Shown here: in pieces, positions 20,524-28,807 of the stretch
How positions within the stretch are numbered: the stretch's first letter is position 1
Layout of the letters: the number at the start of each line of letters is the position of its first letter
NCBI GenBank assembly: GCA_045863295.1
Contig: BTWA01000002.1
Location: 1 to 64,000 of the forward strand
Length of the DNA stretch: 64,000 bases
Direction: 5' to 3'
Origin: Candidatus Hydrogenedentota bacterium
GTDB lineage: Bacteria > Hydrogenedentota > Hydrogenedentia > Hydrogenedentales > SLHB01
Translations under genes and position numbers: made by a program
Notes under the pieces: model-generated
What the model saw: the letters and a program-made list of their open reading frames with translations, nothing else
Database searches by the model: none
What the model was told of the DNA's origin: nothing

Positions 20524-20940
20524 ATGCGTAAAAAGAAATTGACGGTTACTACGTTTGACTTGTCCCGAATAGGGTCATATCTGGAACGTATCGCCATCGA
20601 CGAAAAACGCGAAAAGAAGCACCTTGCCGCCTTGGAGGGTGAATTGGCGCGTGGCAAGGTGGTCGCGCCTGAAAAGGTGCCATCCGATGTCATCACGATG
20701 AATTCCACGGTGAGACTCCAAGATCTCGATACCGGAAAGGAATCGGTGTACACAATCGTGTTTCCGCCGGAAGCGGATGCCGAAGCGGGCCGGGTTTCCG
20801 TGCTGGCGCCGATCGGCACCGCGTTACTGGGGTACCGCTCAGGCGACGAAATCGTCTGGCAGGCGCCGAAAGGCGCTCGGCGAATGCGCGTCGTGGATGT
20901 GTTGTTTCAGCCGGAGGCGGCTGGGCAGATGCATTTGTAA
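20524..20940 (+). CDS. rnk: Regulator of nucleoside diphosphate kinase (GreA/B-like)
   Basis: VPSDVITMNS.V, VSVLAPIGTALLG...GD.I.W, FQPEAAG. Confidence 0.9.
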   Translation: MRKKKLTVTTFDLSRIGSYLERIAIDEKREKKHLAALEGELARGKVVAPEKVPSDVITMNSTVRLQDLDTGKESVYTIVFPPEADAEAGRVSVLAPIGTALLGYRSGDEIVWQAPKGARRMRVVDVLFQPEAAGQMHL

Positions 20941-20962
20941 ACGATGGAAGATCGTCGGTGGT

Positions 20963-21631
20963 TCAGTCGCGCACACGGGCGATGGCCAGACCGTCGTATC
21001 CCTTGGTGCCGACTTGTTGAAGGATGATGGATTCGCAGCGCGGATGGGTGGCCAGGGCCGCATTAAATGTGCGAATACCCTGAATCGACTCATCCGCGCT
21101 GTTTTCATTCAGCACGTTGCCATCACGCACGACGTTGTCGGAAAGGATGAGTCCGCCGGGCCGGACAAGGCGCAACACCCAATCCAGGTAACCGGGATAG
21201 TTGTTCTTGTCCGCATCGATAAAAACGAGATCGAACGGTGCTTCGCTCCGTTCAGCGAGTTTGGGCAGCGAATCGAGCGCGGGCCCGGTCAGGATTTCGA
21301 CACAGCCGGCAAGACCGGCTCGCGCAATGTTGGCACGCGCGACCGTCGCATGGTGCTCGCTGTATTCAAGGGTGATGAGGCGGCCACCGGCAGGCAGCGC
21401 ACGAGCAAGCCAGATGGTGCTGTAGCCCGCGAGGGTGCCCAACTCGAGGATTCGTTTTGCGCCTGTCAATTTCGCAAGGAGATAGAGGAATTTGCCTTGT
21501 ACCGGTGAAATCTGAATTTCAGGCAGGCCACCCCGGTGAGCGGCATCCAACGCGGCTTCGAATACGGGATCGGCGGGGACAAACAAGCCCTCGATATAGC
21601 GATCTACCGCGTTGAAAAGGTCGTTTTGCAC
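20963..21631 (-). CDS. O-methyltransferase (caffeoyl-CoA/COMT-like, Methyltransf_3)
   Basis: ILELGTLAGYSTIWLA, FIDADK.NY, DNV, KGYDG. Confidence 0.93.
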   Translation of the reverse strand: MQNDLFNAVDRYIEGLFVPADPVFEAALDAAHRGGLPEIQISPVQGKFLYLLAKLTGAKRILELGTLAGYSTIWLARALPAGGRLITLEYSEHHATVARANIARAGLAGCVEILTGPALDSLPKLAERSEAPFDLVFIDADKNNYPGYLDWVLRLVRPGGLILSDNVVRDGNVLNENSADESIQGIRTFNAALATHPRCESIILQQVGTKGYDGLAIARVRD

Positions 21632-21696
21632 AGCGTGAACTCCTCAGCGGGTTTGCCAGCCGCAATGACCGCACAGTACAATACGGTTTCACTTTC

Positions 21697-21780
21697 GGAG
21701 GGTTAGCGTAACTGGTAACGCACCGGTCTTGAAAACCGGCGCCTTCGGGCTTGTGGGTTCGAGTCCCACACCCTCCGCCA
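21697..21780 (+). tRNA. tRNA-Ser (anticodon UGA)
   Basis: Acceptor GGAGGGT/ACCCTCC-G-CCA; anticodon arm CCGGT-CTTGAAA-ACCGG; long variable arm; T-arm GTGGG-TTCGAGT-CCCAC. TTGCCA..TACAAT promoter upstream. Confidence 0.97.
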
Positions 21781-21905
21781 TTTCTGATTTCGGTCTTTCT
21801 TGCCTTCCCGCCCGTCTTATCGGGGAGTCGAGCTCCCGGGCACTCGTTCGTGAATGGCCATACTTAACTGCACCACCTCACTGTAAGCGTGGCGCAAAAT
21901 GCGCG

Positions 21906-22877
21906 TTAGGGCGCGACTTCGTAGGTGGTGTTGCCTTCAATGCGCGTGATGACGTCCATGCCGGACTTTTTGTGTTTGGTGATATTCATGACGTGGTGGC
22001 CGGTCTTGTCCACATTCTGGTTGCTGAACAGGCGGGCCGCCTCGGGGTCGTCAAAGAAGTCAATGCGGATGTTGTCGAAACTATCAAACTCTTTTCGCAG
22101 GCCTCGCGCCATTTCAGCAAGCGAATCCTGGTCTATTCCCGGCGGAACGAGCAAGATTAATGCTTTGAGCGAAGTCACGTCGTTGCCGAGCTGCTTGGCG
22201 TCTTCCGGTGTGCGCGTGGAATCTTTCACCACAACGTAACCCTGGTCTCCATAAAGGTCTTTCCAGTCGTCGGGATTAAAGGGCAATTCCTTCGCCTTTT
22301 CGACGTCCTCCTTTGCCATCGCGACAGCGATTTCAGCGGCCTCGACGAGTGGGTTGCCGTCCGGATTCGGGACCGGAGCGCCGGTGGGCGCCTCTGAAGG
22401 ATTCAGTGCATAGAGACGGGCCAATTCCTGGCGGAGAGCGTTGTTTTCGTCTTCGATTCGGGCCAAGGTGGATTCGCGCAATTCGTTGATAGCATCCGTG
22501 AGCGTGCGAACTTCGGCACGCAATGCGGCCACTTGCGATTCGAGCGCTTCCAGCGCCATGGGCGCAGGAGGGGCCGGCTTCTCCGGTTCGACGACTTGAA
22601 CGATGGGATTCGCGTTCAAATCGACAACAATGGTGCTCATGTCGCGAAGCGTGGAATCGAGATGATCGAGCGGATTCTCATCGGCTTTCGGCTCCAGGGG
22701 CGTCGCCGATTCCGGTAAATCGCCCGCAGGGGCCGAAGGGGCGTCCACGGTGGATGTCTCGGCGACCTGATACGTCTCCTCGGCGGCGTACGACTTCGGC
22801 AAGTCCGGTGGGCCGGAACAAGAAGTAAACGCCACGGCGAAAGAGACGCAAGTAACGCACTGTTTGAATGGGTTCAT
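21906..22877 (-). CDS. Hypothetical lipoprotein with coiled coil
   Basis: Lipobox-like FAVAFTS-C, Pro/Ala/acidic linker, heptads LESQVAALRAEVRTL, globular C-terminus. Confidence 0.7.
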   Translation of the reverse strand: MNPFKQCVTCVSFAVAFTSCSGPPDLPKSYAAEETYQVAETSTVDAPSAPAGDLPESATPLEPKADENPLDHLDSTLRDMSTIVVDLNANPIVQVVEPEKPAPPAPMALEALESQVAALRAEVRTLTDAINELRESTLARIEDENNALRQELARLYALNPSEAPTGAPVPNPDGNPLVEAAEIAVAMAKEDVEKAKELPFNPDDWKDLYGDQGYVVVKDSTRTPEDAKQLGNDVTSLKALILLVPPGIDQDSLAEMARGLRKEFDSFDNIRIDFFDDPEAARLFSNQNVDKTGHHVMNITKHKKSGMDVITRIEGNTTYEVAP

Positions 22878-22925
22878 TGGACGTACTCGATTTCTAGCTT
22901 AACACGCGCCGTCCGTGGAGCGCGA

Positions 22926-24368
22926 TCACGATGCCGCCTCGAGTTTGGGTTTCCATTCGGTTTCCCACCGCTGGTCGATGCGTGCTCGCCACGATTCGGC
23001 GGCGGACCGCAGTTCAGCGGCAATATCCGGTTCGCGGTTCACCAGGTTCACCTTTTCGCCGGGATCCTCATCCAGATTCGAAAGGTGAACATCGTCTTCC
23101 GGCGGCGCGCCCTCGACCAACGTTCCATGTAACACCAGTTTCCACTTTCCGCGCCGCACAGCCGTCTGGCCCTGGTGCTCCCAGAACAAATCGCCGTGTG
23201 GCGAGAGAGCTTGACGGGTCAATACCGGCATCACATCGAGTCCGTCGATCGTGTATGCCCCAGGGTCGCCGCCGGCCGCTCGAAGAAGCGTGGGGAACAC
23301 ATCCATGCTTGCCACCGGGGCGTCTAAAACCTGGCCGGCGGGAATATGCCCCGGCCACGAGACGACACCGGGCACGCGGATGCCGCCCTCGTACAGGCTG
23401 AACTTGTGGCCTTTTTGGTCGCCCTGCGATCCGCCGTAGTAGGGTTCCTCGTTTCCGTCGAGCCAGTTGCGAACCTCGCGCGACGGGCCGTTGTCGCTCG
23501 TGAACACAATGAGGGTGTTGTCATATACGCCCTGCCGCTTCAATTCGTTGACAACGGCGCCTATGCTGTCGTCAACACAACTAAGCATGGCCGCCATCAC
23601 CTGCCGCTCCCACGGAAGATGTCCGAATCGGTTCATGTACTCCGGCGGTGCGTGCATCGGGTAATGTGGAGCATTGTAGGGGACGTAAAGAAAAAAAGGA
23701 TCGCCCGAAGAAGCCGCGCGATTCACAAAATCGACGGCGTGTTCGGTGATGAGATCGGTGAAATAGCGGCCGTTTTCCCAAATCTCCTCATTGTTCTTCC
23801 AGAGGTCATGCACCGGGGCCTTGCCGTTCGCCCCTGCCATGTGCCAGTAGAAGATGTGGGAATAGAAATCGATGCAGCCGGCCATGAATCCGAACCATTC
23901 ATCGAAGCCATGGTTGTGAGGGCGACATTGCTCAAGTACGCCAAGGTGCCATTTGCCCGCGAGGGCGGTGCGGTACCCAAGGGGTTTCAACGCGGAGGCG
24001 ATAGTTGGAATTTCGGGTAGAAGGCCCGCGGCCTCGCGGTGGCCCGGCAACACGCCGCGCACACCGGTGTTGCCGGGGTAGCGGCCTGTCAACAACGCGG
24101 CGCGCGATGCGGAACACACAGGGGAGTTTGAGTACCACGAGGTGAGCCGCGCGCCATCCGCCGCAATGGCGTCGATGTGCGGCGTGCGGATATCAGGCGA
24201 ACCCGCACAGGATAGATCCGCATAGCCATGGTCGTCGGTGAAAAAGATGACGATGTTGGGCTTGGCGTTGCGCTTTACCGGCCTGCGGGCGGTGGCGCAG
24301 TTGCCGAGTGTCAGCGATGATGCTGCGAGCGCCGTTTGGCAAAGGAAAGATCGCCGAGTGGTTTGCAT
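22926..24368 (-). CDS. Formylglycine-dependent sulfatase with Tat signal
   Basis: TTRRSFL, PNIVIFFTDDHGY, CSASRAALLTGR, GKWHLG, SDNG, LYEGGIRVP. Confidence 0.95.
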   Translation of the reverse strand: MQTTRRSFLCQTALAASSLTLGNCATARRPVKRNAKPNIVIFFTDDHGYADLSCAGSPDIRTPHIDAIAADGARLTSWYSNSPVCSASRAALLTGRYPGNTGVRGVLPGHREAAGLLPEIPTIASALKPLGYRTALAGKWHLGVLEQCRPHNHGFDEWFGFMAGCIDFYSHIFYWHMAGANGKAPVHDLWKNNEEIWENGRYFTDLITEHAVDFVNRAASSGDPFFLYVPYNAPHYPMHAPPEYMNRFGHLPWERQVMAAMLSCVDDSIGAVVNELKRQGVYDNTLIVFTSDNGPSREVRNWLDGNEEPYYGGSQGDQKGHKFSLYEGGIRVPGVVSWPGHIPAGQVLDAPVASMDVFPTLLRAAGGDPGAYTIDGLDVMPVLTRQALSPHGDLFWEHQGQTAVRRGKWKLVLHGTLVEGAPPEDDVHLSNLDEDPGEKVNLVNREPDIAAELRSAAESWRARIDQRWETEWKPKLEAAS

Positions 24369-24445
24369 GACATTGATCCCAAACGTCTGTTCTTCAGTAC
24401 GACCCACATTCTACACGAGCGACTTCTCTACACGTCATTTAAAGG

Positions 24446-26641
24446 TTAAGGTCCTTCCACATTCCTTAATCGCTCCGCCAGCCGTGTGTTTCTTCGTGCA
24501 ACGTCGGTGTTGCGGACAGCCATACGGAGCGCTTTGGGATCCCCAATCAGGACGACGATCCGGCTGGCGCGGGTGATGGCGGTGTAGAGGACGTTGCGCT
24601 GGAGCATGAGAAAATGCTGCGTGCTGAGCGGGATGATAACCGCGGGGTATTCGCTGCCTTGGGACTTGTGGACCGTGCAAGCATAGGCAAGCGTGAGTTC
24701 ATCGAGGTCATCGAAGGGATACAGAACTTCCCGGTCGTCGAACTGAATATGGGCTTCTTTCGTGGGTTCATCCACGAGGGACACAATGCCCACATCGCCG
24801 TTGTAGACGTCGAGTTCATAGTTGTTGCGCGTCTGCATGACCTTGTCGCCAAGGCCGAAAAGGCGGCGCCCGATGGGTTGCAGGTTGGGGTTGAGCACGC
24901 GTTGCATGGTTTCGTTGAGTTGGCCTACACCGGCGTCGCCGCGGTGCATGGGGGAGAGCACCTGAATGTCGCGCACCGGATCGAGATTGAATCGTTTGGG
25001 CAAGCGTTCGGTCGCGATTTCAACGACGGTGTCGAGAAGCTTTTTGGGATCGGTTCGTTCAATAAAGAAAAAGTCGCGGTCATTGAATTCAGGTTCCAGG
25101 CCGCGGTTAATGCGGTGTGCGTTCGAGATAATGCCACTTTCTCCCGCCTGCCGGAATACCGTCTGCAATCGCACCACGGGCACGATGCCGGAAGCGATTA
25201 CGTCGAGCAGAACGTTCCCAGGCCCCACCGAAGGCAACTGATCGACATCGCCCACAAGGACGAGCCGGCACGCTGGCGGCAGTGCGCGCAGAAGCGCGTG
25301 CATAAGCGCGACGTCGATCATCGAACATTCGTCCAGGACCACGAGATCGGTGTTGAGCGGGTTTCCTTCGTGGCGTGTGAAGCCGCCTTGTTTAGGGCTG
25401 AATTCGAGCAAGCGGTGTATCGTCTTCGCTTCACGATCCGTGGCTTCACTCATGCGCCGCGCGGCACGGCCGGTGGGCGCGGCCAACATGGCGCTGATGT
25501 TCTTCTTGTCGAAAATGGCAAGCAGGCTGCGCAACACCGTGGTCTTGCCCGTGCCGGGCCCACCGGTAATGACCATGATCTTGGCTGAGATAGCGGTGCG
25601 CACGGCGTCTCGCTGTTCGGGAGAGAGTTCGATGGAGAATTGCTGCTCGACCCATTTGAGCGCATTGTCCAATTGAATTGGCACCGCCTCCATGGGAACG
25701 CTCAATACGCACTTCAATCCTTTTGCAACACCCACTTCGGCGGTATGCAACGCGGGAAGAAAGTAGTCGTCCTGTTCGCGTATGAGCAGCGCTTGCAGTT
25801 CGGCTTCGGGGATCGCCTCTTCTACCCTCAATGCCTCCACTTCGAGCAGGTCAGCGGCCTTCTTGATCAGGTCCGTGCGGCTGGCATAGACATTTCCCTC
25901 GCTTGCGGCCTGCTGCATGACGTAGTGCAAACCGGCTGCCGCGCGTTTGGGCGAGTCCTTGGCAATGCCAAGTCGTTCGGCAATGGCATCCGCGCTGCGG
26001 AATGCGATGCCCGCAATGTCTTGCGCGAGCCGGTAGGGGTTGTCGCGGAGTACGGCCATCGCGGCGTCGCCGTACCGTTTGTAAATGCGCACGGCTTGCG
26101 CCACGCCAATGCCATGGCCTTGCAAAAATAGCATGATGGACTGAATCGTACGTTGCGCGTCCCACGCTTTGCGGATCTGATCAGCTCGTTTGCGGCCAAT
26201 GCCTTCGACTGTGCGAAGGCGGTGCGGTTCTTCCTCGATGACACGAAGCGTTTCCGTGCCGAACGACTTCACCAAACGTTTGGCATACGTGGGGCCGATT
26301 CCTTCGATGAGACCGGATCCCAGATATTTCTCAATGGCGTCGGCCGTCGCAGGCACGAGCGTCTGGTATTTTTCCACCTTCAGTTGGCGCCCAAACTTGG
26401 CGTCGTCCACCCACCGGCCCCATACGCGCACCGTCTCGCCAGGGGAGGCCGCAACCACGCCGACAATGGTGGTGAGATTCGGTTTTTGATCTTCCTGCAA
26501 CCGCGCCACGATAAAGCCGCTGTCCGGACTTTCGTAGACGATGCGTTCAATGGTGCCTTCAATACAAGCGTTGGTCGCTTCAGAAGGAGGCGTAACCTCG
26601 CCGATGGTGGTTTGGCGATGCGTCGGATTGTCGCCGGTCAT
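24446..26641 (-). CDS. recD2: ATP-dependent RecD-like helicase RecD2
   Basis: HhH region YLGSGLIEGIGP, ITGGPGTGKTT, APTGRAARR, DECSMID, GDVDQLPSVGPG, YACTVHKSQGSEY. Confidence 0.96.
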   Translation of the reverse strand: MTGDNPTHRQTTIGEVTPPSEATNACIEGTIERIVYESPDSGFIVARLQEDQKPNLTTIVGVVAASPGETVRVWGRWVDDAKFGRQLKVEKYQTLVPATADAIEKYLGSGLIEGIGPTYAKRLVKSFGTETLRVIEEEPHRLRTVEGIGRKRADQIRKAWDAQRTIQSIMLFLQGHGIGVAQAVRIYKRYGDAAMAVLRDNPYRLAQDIAGIAFRSADAIAERLGIAKDSPKRAAAGLHYVMQQAASEGNVYASRTDLIKKAADLLEVEALRVEEAIPEAELQALLIREQDDYFLPALHTAEVGVAKGLKCVLSVPMEAVPIQLDNALKWVEQQFSIELSPEQRDAVRTAISAKIMVITGGPGTGKTTVLRSLLAIFDKKNISAMLAAPTGRAARRMSEATDREAKTIHRLLEFSPKQGGFTRHEGNPLNTDLVVLDECSMIDVALMHALLRALPPACRLVLVGDVDQLPSVGPGNVLLDVIASGIVPVVRLQTVFRQAGESGIISNAHRINRGLEPEFNDRDFFFIERTDPKKLLDTVVEIATERLPKRFNLDPVRDIQVLSPMHRGDAGVGQLNETMQRVLNPNLQPIGRRLFGLGDKVMQTRNNYELDVYNGDVGIVSLVDEPTKEAHIQFDDREVLYPFDDLDELTLAYACTVHKSQGSEYPAVIIPLSTQHFLMLQRNVLYTAITRASRIVVLIGDPKALRMAVRNTDVARRNTRLAERLRNVEGP

Positions 26642-26744
26642 TGGGGCGAGACTTTCGAAACAAGTAGGTTGGGAGGATGAAAGATTCGCTGCTCGACAAT
26701 CCGCTGCGGGTGCAAGCCACACCGCCTGCCACTCCGCTTCATTA

Positions 26745-26800
26745 CCCTCGTTCCCAAGCTCCCGCTTGGGAATGCACTCCCGAAAAGCTCTGCTTTGAAC
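26745..26800 (+). repeat. Left REP-like palindromic repeat flanking RAYT #1
   Basis: CCCTCGTTCCCAAGCTCCCGCTTGGGAATGCACTCCCGAAAAGCTCTGCTTTGAAC; inverted copy at 27384-27439 (4 mismatches in 56). Confidence 0.9.
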
Positions 26801-26841
26801 GCGCGTGCAAAACGCCCCTGCCCTTCGCTATCCTCCTCCCC

Positions 26842-27378
26842 ATGCGATCCCGATACCGATTCCACGAACCGGACGCCGCGTACTTCCTCACCTGCACCAT
26901 CGTCGAGTGGATTTCCGTCTTCCAATCCCGCCCGTACTTCGACTCGATTGCCACATCCCTTGCCTTTTGCCGACGGCAGAAGGGACTGCGCCTGTATGCC
27001 TATGTCATCATGGAAAACCACCTGCACCTCATCGCATCGGCCCCCGATCTGAGCGCCGTTGTTCAGTCCTTCAAGTCGTTTACGGCGCGCGAAATTGTCC
27101 GAATTGCGGCATCGGGCGGCCAGACTCCGCTTCTCAGCCAATTCACGGCCTACAAGAAGCGGTACAAGATGGAGAGTGCACATCAGGTCTGGCAGGAAGG
27201 TACGCACCCGCAACGCATCCAGGGCGATGAAATGCTTAACCAGAAGGTTGACTACGTCCATAACAACCCCGTGCGGCGGGGTTACGTCGATCTTCCCGAG
27301 CATTGGCGGTATTCTTCGGCGCGGAACTATTATCTGGACGACCACTCGGTGATGGAGATCGATTCGCTGCATACTTGA
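26842..27378 (+). mobile_element. REP-associated tyrosine transposase (RAYT, Y1/HUH) #1
   Basis: YFLTCTIVEW, YVIMENHLHLI, FKSFTAR, VWQEG.HP, YVHNNPVRRG, WRYSSA. Confidence 0.92.
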
Positions 27379-27383
27379 CGGGG

Positions 27384-27439
27384 GTTCAAAGCAAAGCTTT
27401 TCGGGAGCGCGTTCCCAAGCTGGAGCTTGGGAACGAGGG
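27384..27439 (-). repeat. Right REP-like palindromic repeat flanking RAYT #1
   Basis: Reverse complement of 26745-26800; internal hairpin GTTCCCAAGCT-gg-AGCTTGGGAAC. Confidence 0.9.
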
Positions 27440-27590
27440 ATGAGAGGGATTGAGGGTTTCACCCTCCTTTTGTCCCCCTCCCTTGAGAGAAGGGAGTTAT
27501 GTGTTGGCGCATATATTGGATTATCGCCGTTCACGCGAAGTTCCAGACAATTCCCCAATCAACGGGTTCAAAGGCTTATGTGGAAATGGG

Positions 27591-27857
27591 TCATGGGGCC
27601 AATCGCTCCGGCGAGGTAAGAAACCATTCGATTCGGCCACAGGTCGAACAGGCCAGTGTTGTCGCCGATTCATTGGCCCAATCCAAACCGGCCAAGGTCA
27701 TTAATGCCGTGTTCAGTTGCGCGCTACCTTCGTGAAATTGGGTTCCGCCACAATGGTGACAGACGATCGCTTTGTCGGCGGCCTTGTACTCGCTGGGTTC
27801 CGTGTCGCTGACAATTGCCTTACCTGCATTGAGAAAAGCTTTTCCTATCTTACTCAT
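27591..27857 (-). CDS. Small zinc-ribbon protein
   Basis: CHHCG...CSTCG, LNT..MT...LDWAN. AAGGAGG RBS. Confidence 0.8.
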   Translation of the reverse strand: MSKIGKAFLNAGKAIVSDTEPSEYKAADKAIVCHHCGGTQFHEGSAQLNTALMTLAGLDWANESATTLACSTCGRIEWFLTSPERLAP

Positions 27858-28010
27858 GACATGTGCCTCCTTTGTACTAACCGGAAATATGCCAATGAGA
27901 ACGGGTCATTATAGTCATACTCTTTTCGATCCGAAGTAGCTTCCTCTTCTGTGGTGGCGATTCGTTCAACGCGCTGGCCGGGCAGGTTTCAAACGTACTT
28001 CCTGGCGTGA

Positions 28011-28583
28011 TTACTTGCCCGAACAGGTCAGCGTGACCTGGCTGCCGGCCCCGGCGGCGGTGGCCATGATCACCATTTGCCGGCCGTCTTTCTCGTAGGC
28101 GATCATGTGGGTTTCCTGGCCCGCCGTTTCCGAAACGGCGCTGGCTTCCTTCCAACCGTTCTTGGGCGCGTTGTCTTTGTAGAACTGCACTATCTTACTC
28201 GGCGCGTCCCCGCTCGTCGCTTGAATCATGAACGCCTGTTCGGTCGACTCCGCGTTTACCAGCGTGGGAGTCAGACCCGCGTAGATGGGTACATCAGAAG
28301 GGATGTTGTCCGGCATGGCAACGGCGGCACCGGCATTTAAGGATACGCTGCCTTCCGCGCCAGATACATTGACGCTGATATTGCCGTCGGCATTGCCGCC
28401 CAGATTCACGTTTACGTTTCCGTCCGGGCTTTGAATACGAATACCGGAATCGCCCATGGTAACACTGGCGGTGCCGTCTTTCGTCGTTACCGAAAATTCA
28501 GCGGTGTTCTCCTCGGTTTTCTTTCCGCAGCCCAGAGCGGCAACCCCGGCTACCACGAAAAGCAATGCACCCGAAATTCGCAT
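28011..28583 (-). CDS. Hypothetical lipoprotein
   Basis: Lipobox AALG-C, Gly/Ser/Asn-rich beta region, MPDNIPSDVPIYAG, FYKDN...GW. Confidence 0.75.
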   Translation of the reverse strand: MRISGALLFVVAGVAALGCGKKTEENTAEFSVTTKDGTASVTMGDSGIRIQSPDGNVNVNLGGNADGNISVNVSGAEGSVSLNAGAAVAMPDNIPSDVPIYAGLTPTLVNAESTEQAFMIQATSGDAPSKIVQFYKDNAPKNGWKEASAVSETAGQETHMIAYEKDGRQMVIMATAAGAGSQVTLTCSGK

Positions 28584-28807
28584 TGATGACCCCCCTTTGA
28601 CTTCTTTCAAAATCGTTGTAAACGACATGGCCAGTGTTTCAATAGTATAAAGTAAAGGTGCGTCCGGTACTCAATGCGCCGGACGGAAAGCCGGGAAAAA
28701 TTTCTTGAGATTCCCTGTGTGTCAAGTGTTCGAGAGTTAAAGCCAGTCCGCAAAATTGCCGATAGACAGATACGGGAATTTCCGTTGAACCGAGGAGATT
28801 GGGCGCG

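Noticed and set aside
21697..21905. tRNA-Ser as an integration site (att) for an island
   Set aside because: No integrase nearby, and no duplicated tRNA 3' end was spotted in the window.
24080..24120. Sulfatase signature CSASR instead of CxPxR
   Set aside because: CxAxR is a known functional variant.
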